The notes under the pieces: generated by a model
Seen by the model: the letters and a program-made list of their open reading frames with translations, nothing else
What the model was told of the DNA's origin: nothing
Database searches by the model: none
Part shown: positions 34,969 through 46,787 of the stretch, one piece after another
Layout of the letters: every line of letters begins with the position of its first letter
Numbering within the stretch: the stretch's first letter is position 1
NCBI RefSeq assembly: GCF_006345805.1
Contig: NC_043004.1
Location: forward strand, 11,532,001 to 11,596,000
Source: Octopus sinensis
Taxonomy: Eukaryota
Length of the DNA stretch: 64,000 bases
Direction: 5' to 3'
Translations under genes and position numbers: made by a program

Positions 34969-36411
34969 CTCGTTTTCTCTCACGAGTGTTTAACTTTCGT
35001 GCAACCTTTTACTGAATTAGCAACTAGCTGCATATTCCTCAGATTCGTGTATACAAGTGATTGTCAGGTGGAATAGGCATAACGGGGACATAGTCTGTGA
35101 CAAGAAGATCCTTTGATTTGCATCTACAATCTATCTCCGAACCGGCTTCCCTACAGTTTTCATCTACTAAATATAACTAACCAGTCATAAATCAACCTCA
35201 AAATGTGACACAAAATATCTGCCAACGATGCCACGCTTTGGAATCGAACCTACAACCACATGATTGCGAAGCAAACCTCGTAACCATTCGACCATGCATC
35301 GTCCAAGTAAGTAAAATGTACTCTTAAGAGCAATAGGTATTTCGCTGTAATTTCAAGTAAGGTTTCTTTTATCAGCATTTTCAAATGAAAATAAAAAAAG
35401 AAATGGGTCAAGGGCTAATATTCCTGAAATTATATATATTTGCTGATAAAATTTGTTATATTTGTGACTTCCTGAGCTTCTATACATACACACACACACG
35501 AACACACACGCCCAAACACACTCACGCGCACACACATTCACATACACACGAACGCACACATACACATATGTATATAAGTGTGTATAAGTGTATGCATATA
35601 TACATATATGTATATATATGTATGTGTGTATATCTGTGTGTGAGTGTATGGATATATAAATATATATATATGTGTGTGTGTGTGGTGTGTGTGTGTGTGT
35701 GTGTGTGTACATATAACTCTCCACTAATAATAAATATATATATATTCATACATACATATGTATGTATGAATAGATGGATGGATGGATGGATGGATATATT
35801 TACACATATATATACATATATATATTTATATATATATATATACACATATATATATGAATGTATGTATATATATATATGTATGCATGTATATATATATATA
35901 TATATATATATATTGTAAGAGTTCCTGGATATTTCTTTTTTCTAATATTAAAAATTTAAAAGCTATAAAAAAATGAAATTGAAAATAACACATTCTACAG
36001 AATCAACCAAGCAATTTGCAAGTAATTAATTGACCCCACCGGAATAAAGCTGAATTTGGCGCGATCGAAACTCAGGCTTGAACAGCCTGTAACAAAGTAA
36101 CGTAAGAAATTTTGTTTGATACCCGATGGATTCTGCAAAATGTACCGTTATAATTATTGTAGATTTAGAACATATAACGAGGGAAACCATCCATACAAGG
36201 GCGTAAAGTTTGCAGTTAAGCACAGGAAATGCTGTGTGATGAATAATCTTGCTTTTCAACCACATTGATGTTCAGTTGAATCTCAGTGCGAGGCAACGTG
36301 TGGGAAAGACTTCCACTATCCCGTTAGGCTAACCAACCCTTTGTGAGTGAATTAGGTCGGCTGCAACTGTATGGAAGCTCACCACGTACATATATCTGCT
36401 TGTGTGTGTGA

Positions 36412-36453
<42 letters not shown>

Positions 36454-36457
36454 TATA

Positions 36458-36775
36458 TGCCTTGCTCAAGAACACAACACGCAGCCCGAATCCCGGACCG
36501 GGCTGCGTGTTGTGTTCTTGAGCAAGGCACTTTATTTCACGTTGCTCCATTCACTCAGCTGTAGAAACGAGTTGCGACGTCACTGGTGCCAAGCTGTATC
36601 GGCTTTTGCCTTTCCCTTGGATAACATCGGTGACATGGAGAGGGGAGGCTGGTATGCATGGGCGACTGCTGGTCTTCCATAAAACAACCTTGCCCGGACT
36701 TGTGTCTAGGAGGGTAACTTTCTAGGTGCAATCCCATGGTCATTCATGACCGAAGGGGGTCTTTATCCTTTACCT
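36458..36775 (+). mobile_element. 5'-truncated SINE with a 31-bp snap-back inverted duplication at its 5' end
   Basis: 36458-36488 is the exact reverse complement of 36499-36529. The core is shared with 27205-27340. Confidence 0.8.
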
Positions 36776-36789
36776 TATATATATATATT

Positions 36790-37020
36790 TAAATAAATAA
36801 TTTTAAAGTAGCAGAAATGGAATTCAGGAAAAAAGCCAAAGTAGAAAATGCTAAACTAATCTTATAAAAAACATTCCAGTGCCGGTTTCGGTCATTGAGA
36901 CTTTTTCAGCTGTAAGTATGGAAAACAATTAAATTTTGGAAAAGTTAAATGAAAAGTTTTTTAAAAGAATATTTGCATAGCATTCAAATACAAGGGGCAT
37001 TTTGCTTGTTTCTCCTTGTC
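36790..37020 (-). mobile_element. (TA)n-flanked element with a decayed minimal hammerhead (same family as 60706-61616)
   Basis: Shares GTAGAAAATGCTAAA..CCGGTTTCGGTCATTGA.ACTTTTTCA.CTGTAAGTATGGAAA with 60740-60825. Confidence 0.8.
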
Positions 37021-37039
37021 TCTGTCTCTGTCTCTGTCT

Positions 37040-37082
<43 letters not shown>

Positions 37083-37220
37083 TAAGAGAGTGGTCACTAT
37101 ATGCTCACTCTAGCACCAGTTAATCCAAAAGGTCAACCACAAAATACATGTTTCCCATGAAAGTCAGTACGATTGTAGCTCACACGACAGGGCAAATAAA
37201 AAATAACAAAAATACAGTAT

Positions 37221-37297
37221 TTTGGGACAATTGTTTCGCTATTAATGAATTAATGTAATTTTACTTACAAAAAATCCACTTGTAGCTCCTCGCCAAA
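37221..37297 (-). ncRNA. Type I hammerhead with a one-base deletion in the core (likely inactive)
   Basis: UUUGG-C(-)GAGGA-GCUA..41 nt..UAGC-GAAA-C-AAUU-GUC^-CCAAA. Perfect 5-bp stem I, 4-bp stem II, palindromic stem III. U4 is missing. Confidence 0.7.
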
Positions 37298-37431
37298 CTA
37301 TCTGGATGAAATCCACTCAATCACACGCCAGATTTTACCATAACGATAAATACGCGTGTGGTTCATTGATTACATCCGACGTTATAATTCAAATGCCCCC
37401 ACTAACAGCGCGCCAAATTTTCACGGATAAT

Positions 37432-37463
<32 letters not shown>

Positions 37464-37576
37464 ATATATACATATATATATACATATATATATATATATA
37501 AAACTTAGCTATGTTTTGATCAAAGATTGCTACAGGCCATCTGTAACTTAATAGCACCATGTATTATATATAGCAA

Positions 37577-37623
37577 AAAACTGTCCGATGAACGGCAACG
37601 TGAAACTCAGAGTAACAGGTTTT
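37577..37623 (+). ncRNA. Minimal type I hammerhead, U4C core variant
   Basis: AAAACUGU-CCGAUGA-ACG-GCAA-CGU-GAAA-CU-CAG-AGUA^-ACAGGUUUU. All three stems pair, stem II is GNRA-capped, and the triplet is GUA. Confidence 0.7.
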
Positions 37624-37812
37624 GTTGAATTTTCTGGTGCTTTAAATAAAGTATGTATATATATAATATATATATATGTGTATATATCATATATATTATA
37701 TATATATATTGTATATATATATACATACATATATATGTGTATATATATATATAATATATATATGTATATTTATATGTACATTATATATATTATATTATAT
37801 ATAATATATATA

Positions 37813-37849
<37 letters not shown>

Positions 37850-37857
<8 letters not shown>

Positions 37858-38230
37858 CTGAAGTTGTCTGTGTATGGCAGGTTTGGTAGCCTTCAACTAA
37901 CACTATCTCCTCCGAGACCCTCGGACGCAAGTTGACCAAATTGAGAGTATGATAGAAGAAGGCTTGCTCTTCACTCCGTAGCAGATAAAATTCAAATCGG
38001 ACCATGTAAACACTAAAAATTATTTACATTAAAAAGTTGCTTTATTTCTATGAAAATCCTTCATTCTTACGATTTTTTTGACTGGTGTGTCGCCATTTTT
38101 CGATGTATTTCAACCAGAAAAATGTTCACTTATAGAGAATAACAGCTACATAATGCAAAATTATTACTTTTGAAAAATTTCAATTCTAAAGGGTCGAAAC
38201 AAACCCGAGCAACGACGGGCGATACTGCAA

Positions 38231-38231
<1 letters not shown>
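37850..38231 (+). mobile_element. Probable non-autonomous Helitron
   Basis: 3' GC hairpin CCCGAGCAACGACGGG lies ~7 nt before a CTAG-like end (CAAG|T). The 5' end (TA)n-GCTGAAGTTGTCTGTG resembles a Helitron start. Confidence 0.55.
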
Positions 38232-38279
<48 letters not shown>

Positions 38280-38386
38280 TGAAGTGGGTTTTATATATAT
38301 ATTTAAGTGAGGTTTAATAATATATATATATATATATTATATATAATATATATATATATATATACATACATACATACATACATATA

Positions 38387-38428
<42 letters not shown>

Positions 38429-38480
38429 TATAAAAGGCCGATTATGGGGTTAGTCTCGGTTTCTCGCCCGTAAGGGGTTT

Positions 38481-38733
38481 AGCATCAGTTGTCAAGCGAT
38501 TTTGAGGAACAAACACAGGCACACAAACATATACACACACATACATATACAAATACATATACATATATACGAGGGGCTTCTTTCAGTTTCCGTCTACCAA
38601 ATCCACTCAAAAGGTTTTGGTTGGCCCGAGACTATAGTAGAATACACTTGCGCAAGGTGCCACGCAGTGGGAATGAACCCGGAACCATGTGGTTGGTAAG
38701 CAAGCTACTTACCACACAGCCACTCTTGCGTCT
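38481..38733 (-). mobile_element. OK-like SINE, 3'-truncated
   Basis: Family match. Confidence 0.9.
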
Positions 38734-39098
38734 ATGTTGAAGCTTGTTGATTTCTTTTTCACCAGATTGTCACATACGCAATTCGTAAGTAAGCATGTTT
38801 GTATATATTCATGTATGTATGTATGTATGTATGTATGTATGTATGTATGTATGTATGTATGTGTGTATGTATTTATGTATGTATGTCTCCAATTTTGAAA
38901 TGTATTTTCTCGTTTCTTTTTATACAGCCAGTAATTGCATTTTAATATATTTTATCTCTAAAAACTGAATATATTCTTTTCTGTTTTATATTGAGTACTT
39001 AGCTCTAAAATTGCACGCAATATTTCTGTTCTATTTGCTTCTTAGGGTTTTTAAATTAGTTTTCAATGTATGTATATGTATATATTGGTATACTCTTT

Positions 39099-39437
39099 AC
39101 TCTTTTACTCTTTTACTTGTTTCAGTCATTTGACTGTGGCCATGCTGGAGCACCGCCTTTAGTCGAGCAAATCAACCCCGGGACTTATTCTTTTGTAAGC
39201 CCAGTACTTATTCTATTGGTGTCTTTTGCCGAACCGCTAAGTGACGGGGACATAAACACACCAGCATCGGTTGTCAAGCAATGCTAGAGGAACAAACACA
39301 GACACACAAAAATACACACATATATATATATATATACATATATACGACAGGCTTCTTTCAGTTTCCGTCTACCAAATCCACTCACAAGGAACCATGTGGT
39401 TGGTAAGCAAGCTACTTACCACACAGCCACTCCTGCG
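39099..39437 (-). mobile_element. OK-like SINE with an internal deletion
   Basis: CACTCACAAGG is joined directly to AACCATGTGG, skipping about 65 bp of consensus. Confidence 0.9.
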
Positions 39438-39880
39438 GTATGTGCTTATATTTATTCACATTTATATGTTTGTACGTGGTTATATGTATACATTTATATA
39501 TGTGTATGTATGCATAGATTCCTTTATTCATTTATTCGTTTCGGCCATGCAGCTACGGTCATACTGGAGCACCACCGTGGTCATTTGGATTTCCTCAGTC
39601 TGGGGTGTTTCACATCACCACACTCGTATATGCCTTTGTCTCAACTGTTGACCCATTTGGTTGGTTCACCGGTATTATGGAGGGGAGGATGTCTAGTTCC
39701 TTTTTGAAAACTTCTACTACCACTTAATGCAGATTTCTTAATTTTTGCGGCAGGGAATTGAATAGCTGATAGCTGTTTGCCTTTGAATCCTAGATTATTG
39801 CACGATCTGATCCCGAATTTAGATGGAGTGGATGGTACCTTTGGTACGATATAATGGCGGCCAGTTCTGGGAGGTTCATA

Positions 39881-39952
39881 GCCGTGATCCTCTGGTGGTT
39901 AGGACGCCACGTTGTGGCTGTGGTAACCCTGGTTCGAATCCTGGTCACGGCA
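39881..39952 (+). tRNA. tRNA-His(GTG), degenerate, probably a pseudogene
   Basis: 72 nt. Acceptor GCCGTGA/TCACGGC-A, anticodon arm CCACG-TTGTGGC-TGTGG, T-loop GGTTCGAATCC. Lesions: C10:C25 mismatch, A14G, T:T in the T-stem. No T4 terminator immediately downstream. Confidence 0.85.
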
Positions 39953-39971
39953 GCCTCCCTATAACTTTATA

Positions 39972-40141
39972 GGCGTAGGAGTGGCTGTGCGGTAAGTAGC
40001 TTGCTTACGAGCCACATGGTCCTGGGTTCAGTCCCACTGCGTGGCATCTTGGGCAAGTATCTTCTGCTATAGCCTCGACCAACCAAAGCCTTGTGAGTGG
40101 GTTTGCTAGACGGAAACTGAAAGAAGGACTTCGTGTATATG

Positions 40142-40217
<76 letters not shown>

Positions 40218-40280
40218 ATGTGTGTGTGTGTGTGTGTATGTATGTATGCATGTATGTGTGTATATGTTTGTGTGTCTGTT
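39972..40280 (+). mobile_element. OK-like SINE 5' part
   Basis: Head GGCGTAGGAGTGGCTGTGCGGTAAGTAGCTTGC..GGGTTCAGTCCCACTGCGTGGCA. Confidence 0.92.
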
Positions 40281-40773
40281 TAACACCCCTCCACCACACA
40301 CACACACACTAGTAAATCGGAATAACAAATATAATCAATGATAAGCAATGTCTTCCTTTGAAAATACTCAGTTACAACTGTGATGTTGTTGATAAAGCAT
40401 GTTCTTTGTCTATCTACTCATCCCGTATGTGATTTTGGATAAAAAGAAAACTACACAAATGAATCCTTCGAATTTAACTAAATTCTATATATTTTTATGC
40501 AGCTGAAGATTGCTCTACATTTTAAATTGATGTAATGTTTGGATTGTTCAATGAAATGAAATCGCATGAAACGAACGTACTGTATTACCTCTGGATATCC
40601 TTGTTGCTTATATATATATATATTAGATATATATATATATATATATATATGTATTTATTTATATATTTATTTATATATATATATTTATTTATATTCCTGA
40701 GCGCCATACTAATACAATTGTTTGTTTGTTTTCCCACCTGCCTTCGTCTTTTGTCTATTTCATAAGCTTCCCG

Positions 40774-40822
<49 letters not shown>

Positions 40823-41032
40823 TATATATATATATATATATATATATTCATACATACAGAATGGGAAAGAGATAAAGAAAGAGAATGTGGCGTGGGTGCA
40901 ACCGAGAGAGAATGGCGAGTTTTGACTTCTTTAAAATTAATAGATGCTTGCATTATAGAGTTACCAAATTTTTTTTTTAAATTATTAAAACTAATTTGCT
41001 GCAAAACAGCCATGAAATATAATCACATGGTG

Positions 41033-41078
<46 letters not shown>

Positions 41079-41760
41079 GAAAGTGAAAACAATAACAAAA
41101 ACAAAAAGTAGCGTCTGGTTTACATGACCGATTACTTTAGACACTATAATGTTTATTTCTGCTAACAATGTTTCCAGGTAATTCACTTAACGTTATATAT
41201 TTGCGCGATATATTTTACTGATCAAAAATTATTACTTATTTGCTAGACAAATAAAATAAATAATGTATGCTTTTGGCAAAAACTCATGAATGTTAGTAGA
41301 AAACATTCGCATAGTTTTCTAATAAATAAGAGAACATTTGCATAATGTTAATAATAATTCTTCCTTTATAGTTGCCACTAGGGACCGTTGATTCATGAAA
41401 TAGAATAAAAAAAAAAAAGAAAGTGTTACGAAAATCGTTTCAGGGACGCGCGGGGTGAAGTGATTTGCATGAAAATGATGGGGAAAGCAAGGTCAGTGTG
41501 CTATATATATATATATACGTATGACTGTGTGTGAATGTGTGTATGTTTGTGAGAGACAGAGAGAGCGAAAGAGAGAGAGAGAGAGCGTATGTGTGTGTGT
41601 GTGAACAGACGCTAAATTTATGCACCTACGTGCGCAGACACACATATACATACGTACACGATTATTATATATATATATATATATATATATACGTTAAATG
41701 TTTATATGTAAGGACATAAATATACATACTTTTCTATAATTTTGTACTACCTGTTACGTC

Positions 41761-42160
41761 TGGTATGTGACTGTGTGGTAAGTAACTTACTTACCAACAA
41801 GATGGTTCCGTGTTCATTCCCACTGCATGGCACGTTAGGCAAGTGTTCTGCTATAGCCTCGGCCCGACCAAAGCCTTATGAGTGGATTTGATAGACGGAA
41901 ACTGAAAGAAGCCCGTCGTATATATGTATAATACATATTTTTGTGTGTGAGTTTGTGTGTCTGTGTTTGTCTCCCCAACATCGCTTAACAACCGGTGCTG
42001 GTGTGTTTACGTCCCCGTACTAGCGGATCGGCAAAAGCAACCGATATAATAAGTACTAGGCTTACAAAGAATAAGTCCTGGGGTCGATTTGCTCGACTAA
42101 AGCCGGTGCTCCAGCATGGCTGCAGTCAAATGACTGACACAAGTAAAAGAGAGTAAAGAG
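41761..42160 (+). mobile_element. OK-like SINE, near full length (reference copy)
   Basis: tRNA-like head, CORE-like TTAGGCAAGTG segment, internal (TA)/(TG) tract, and tail ATGGCTGCAGTCAAATGACTGACACAAGTAAAAGAG. Confidence 0.92.
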
Positions 42161-42164
42161 TATA

Positions 42165-42681
42165 CCGTAAATCCTCGAGTATAGTACGCCCATGAGTATA
42201 ATACGTAAGGGATTTTTAGGGGGCTGTACCTCTGAAAAACCTAAACCTTGTGTATAATACGCACCCCTTCTCTAACTTGAGTCAAGGAGGTCTATATAAC
42301 GTCCTTGGTTTCTAAAGATGTATATGGTAACGTCCTTTATTATTATTGTATATATAACATAATTCAAACGTGTAGCCTTTTTGTGCATTTTGTTTGCAGA
42401 AAATAAATAACAGTATTAACAGTAATAACGTTTAATAAATGTTGCTTACTGCAAGTTATGAATGATCCTTCTATGACTTCATTGCTTACAGGCTTAGCTT
42501 AAGGTATTTTCGCGCCCGACATCACAAAATGCGTCTGAATAAACATAGCCAGACAGCAAATAGAGACTCGGACATTGCTTAGAAAGTAATTTTCATTTTT
42601 AACCTCGTGTATAGTATGCATTAGGGATTTTGACCTTGAAATTTTAGGGAAAAAATGCGGATTATACTCGAAGATTTACGG
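42165..42681. mobile_element. Non-autonomous Tc1/mariner-superfamily (Tc2/pogo-like) MITE with TA target duplication
   Basis: TA|CCGTAAATCCTCGAGTATA ... TATACTCGAAGATTTACGG|TA. Subterminal repeats of GTATA(A/G)TA(C/T)G. Confidence 0.9.
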
Positions 42682-42712
42682 TATACATATATATATGTTG
42701 GTTTATGTTGTC

Positions 42713-42774
<62 letters not shown>

Positions 42775-45002
42775 GACAACATAATCCAACACACAAGCGT
42801 TTGACGTCTACAGTTACATCCGCAAAGAGTATCCTCAGTATTTGTATTTTGTGTCAACACTCAGGGAATGTATACCTCAACTTCCTTATTCTCGACTTAG
42901 TTGTAGGGCTACATATCAAATACATGAATTTTGGCTCCTTGATTAGCTTTCCTCATCGGTTTTCTGTTTGAAAACACTGAGGACAGGTGGTAATGCAATC
43001 ACCTCCACAGATTCCGGATCCGTGTTTGAGAGGAGGGCAGTTTGTCGAAACACTAGTTGACAGGTATTTATCAACTCCAGATGCTTGGGTGCCAAATTGT
43101 ACCTCAGTGGAATTTTTACAAAATCGGTAAAGTATTGGAACAAATAGTAATTTAACTGGGCCTTCCATTATTAACCAAAACAGGACCTCAAAAGTGATAA
43201 AAATTGTATATAGGGTATGCACATATATATATACATATATACACAGGTGGAGCAAAGACATAATAGAATGTATAAAGACAAGTTAAAAATGAGTCACAAA
43301 AGCAACAAAATAAATATTTCATCTAGGGACATCTTGTCTTCGCCTCCAAAACATTCTTAATCAGCACAGTATTTAATAAGTCCCTATTATGATCAGCATC
43401 AAAACAAATAGACTGCATACAGCGGCAGTGAGTGATCCTCCGTGATGGAGACCCAGTCCTTCGTTTGTCAAATTTGTTTCTTCGTCCTTTTCTTGTAATA
43501 TTCGTCAGGTTTTACTCTTTTCTAGTCTCTACCTCCTCCCCAGCGATTCAACAGTGAAACTTCTGCTTATAGTCTGATTGATCCTGAACTAGACAGGGAG
43601 AAGATTCCTTCGATTCCTTGGCCCCTGACTCTTGTGTTATTAAAGACAGGGAAATTGCGTTTCCTTAAAATTTTGCGACGACTGGAGATGAAAACGGTTA
43701 TGCTTTAAATACAGTAATATCAATCTCGGCGCTTTTCACCTATCGCGTTTGTTCTTCATAGTTCTGCTAATTCTGGTGCCGCACTTATTTCTCATCACGT
43801 ATTTTTGTGCCCAGAAGCCCATCAAATGACATATATACTACGACACTTGGAATAGCAAATAATCATTCTTCTTTATGCCAATTCTGCTATTTATGTACAG
43901 AATAAGCTTATGGTCAAAAAGAATCATCTGAACTTGGAGCTCCAGGCAAACTCCATCTATTTACACACCTCGCTGGAAGTCAGTTTGGTGATCAATAGAG
44001 TGGTATAAGACTGTCGGAAAACGCCCCCTGTCTGAAAGACCTGCGCAGAATTCCAAGTATCCTTTTCCAACCGAGAAGTCACGTATCTTCTCACTCGTCA
44101 TCCAGTGTTCACTTCGACACCTTTTTCAAGGACACATGCATGCTCGTTCGGCTTTTAAAAATGCGGTGACGTAACATTGCCCCTCACCCATTCGCGGATA
44201 TAAACGTCAGGCAAAGAAGCACTGCTTTTGTAACATACCTTGTTCAACCCTTCTCTTTTTCTTAGCAGTTGCCGAAGTGAAGTATATTCGTTTAATGCAC
44301 AATATTTGTGAATGAGGAATTGATTTTAGTGTGTTCTGTTGTTGCTGATCGTACAAACTTTTTCTTAAGCAATCACAATTTCAAATACTATTTTTATTAG
44401 TGTCTTTCATTGTAAATGTTTAATCTTCAAACTCTGTTTATATTACGAATATTTTCATTGTCTGTTATTTCTTTGAAAATTTCTGTTTCTTTTTCGACTG
44501 AAAATAATTTTGTAGGCGTATTTGTTTACATCATAGAGTTTACTGTTACAACCATTATGGCTAGAAATACAAGTATATATAAATTTTGAAAATGACAATT
44601 TGAACACACACTCAACTAAATACCCACACGCGCACGCAAACACACACACACACACACACAAACACAAACACATATACTCAATTAAAAATGTACAGCATGG
44701 CAACAAGAGTTTCTTCTACCCGAGGTGTAGGAATGAACTACAAACTATCCGAAGTGTTAACTCAAGTGAAAGAAAAACAGCAGCAACAAAAAAATAAAAG
44801 CAAAAAAAAAAAAACCAAATACAAAGCGCTCTAATCTTTTTCAAACGTAACCGATTAAGATTTTCTTTTGACGGAGTTGTCTGGGAGACGTCCTTTCACT
44901 CCAGCTTATAACAGCAACAAAAAGAACACCAGCAACAACAACAACATCAACAACTATAACAATAATAGTAATAAAAAAGTAATGATAATAATGGTTTCGA
45001 AT

Positions 45003-45200
45003 TTTGGCACAATGCCAGCAATTTCGGGAGAGGGAGCAAGTCAATTGCATCCACACCAGTGTTTAACTGATACTTAATTTATCAACCCCGAAAAGAATGA
45101 AAAGCAAAGACAACCTCGGTAGAATTTGAGCTCACCGCGTAAGCACGGACAACATGCCGCTTAACATTTTATCCGGCGTTCTAACGATTTCGCCACCTCA
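45003..45200 (-). mobile_element. Nin/Deu-domain SINE, diverged
   Basis: TACTTAATTTATCAACCCCGAAAAGAATGAAAAGCAAAG..CCTCGGTAGAATTTGAGCTC..CTAACGATT. Confidence 0.8.
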
Positions 45201-45225
45201 CAGCCTGAATAATAATAATAATAAT

Positions 45226-45316
<91 letters not shown>

Positions 45317-45320
<4 letters not shown>

Positions 45321-45864
45321 AAATACCATGATGCAGTACCAAACAGTGACTCCATGCCTTCTCATTTTAACTGATTGGAAGTGTGGAAGTGTTGTCATGT
45401 ACATTGTTTTGTCTTGACATAAAAGATATGTTACAACAAATATTCTGCTCAATACCACAGATTCGCTTTTAAATTGCTTCACCTTAACCAGTTGAGCATG
45501 TCCCTTGGTGGTTAACAGTATATGCATCTTTGATCACGAGCAGGACTAGTGGAGGAGCATCATAATCATATAATGCGAGGTATTCTCTGGAAACGTGGGT
45601 GTTTTGTTCATCATCCTTAAACAAGCCTTATTCAGAGACCTTTTGAGCAGGTTGGGCTACTCCACCTGAAGAAAATTCTAACTGGGCCCCACCTGCGAGG
45701 TCATGTACTGTTTATGTTGATATGAGACCACCATGTTGCAAACATATCGTTGTGATGCATGTGCCTAGTGTACCCTTATCCGACGGGTAGTCATCTTCGT
45801 TATATTGGTCTTCGTATATTTATGCTCCAGTGTCACTTTGTTGACATGCATTGCTCTCCCACTC
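45317..45864 (+). mobile_element. (TAA)n-associated repeat, probable LINE 3' UTR (longer copy of the 751-1089 family)
   Basis: Homologous to 751-1089. Preceded by (AAT)n and ends CTCTCCCACTC-AATAAT. Confidence 0.7.
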
Positions 45865-46787
45865 AATAATGGTGATGATGATGATGATGATGACGAGGAC
45901 GACAACGATGATGATGGTGGTGGTGGTGGCGGTGTGGTAATGTGATGGTGGTGGTGATGATGGTGGTGATGATGATGGTGGTGTTGATGGGGATGATGGT
46001 GATGATCATGATGATCATGGTGGTGATGTTGATGATGATGATGGTGATGATGGTCGCTCCTGTCTGTTTCGATGTATGAGTGTTTGAACGACAAGATTTA
46101 AAGTTAAAGACAGTAATAGGGGTGGGGGAAGAGGGAAAGAGAAAACAACTTTTAAAAAATCTAAGAAGCTGCATCTATTTGTGATGGATGCGTGAATGTA
46201 ATTTGAGTCCAGGGGGCAAATGATGATTTTGATTTTGCATGAAATTGGACAAATGTGTCTTTTGGTTACAGAATAGAATTCTTTTACTGTCCTTTTTTCT
46301 TCATTTGAAATTAATTTGATGCATCGTGACACACTTTATGCCATGCAGATAGATCTACTCAACGCCTTACCCAAAATGTCAAGTTGAGTTATATAGATTT
46401 TAGTGATTGCATTAACTTATCTTTATACCTAAGGACAGGTCTTTAATAAAAATAATTCTGGCATGGATCCAGTAATTTAGAGGGAATTGAAAAGGTCGAT
46501 ACATCAATGCCTGTGCTTCACTGGTACTTTATTTCATCGACTCCACCTCCTAATACATGAAAGGCAAACTTACTAAAGCATAGCACTTTGGTCTGAGGAG
46601 CTGACAGATTCCTTAATGTACAAGGAAAATGCTAAGCGTTCATCCTCGATAATATAAGAGCCAGTCAAGTACCGGTATGATTATAGCCTCAATATTTCAA
46701 GTTTCCTTATCTATTTCCGAAACCATTATTATTGTTGCTGTAGTTTTTATTAATATTCAGCACCGAAGCAGCTACACTTCTCAAAGT

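Noticed and set aside
42920-43030. CUGAGGA..hairpin..UCCGGAUC (+) and CCGAUGA (-) hammerhead-like words
   Set aside because: Neither has an intact GAAA in the right place, so neither can be called.
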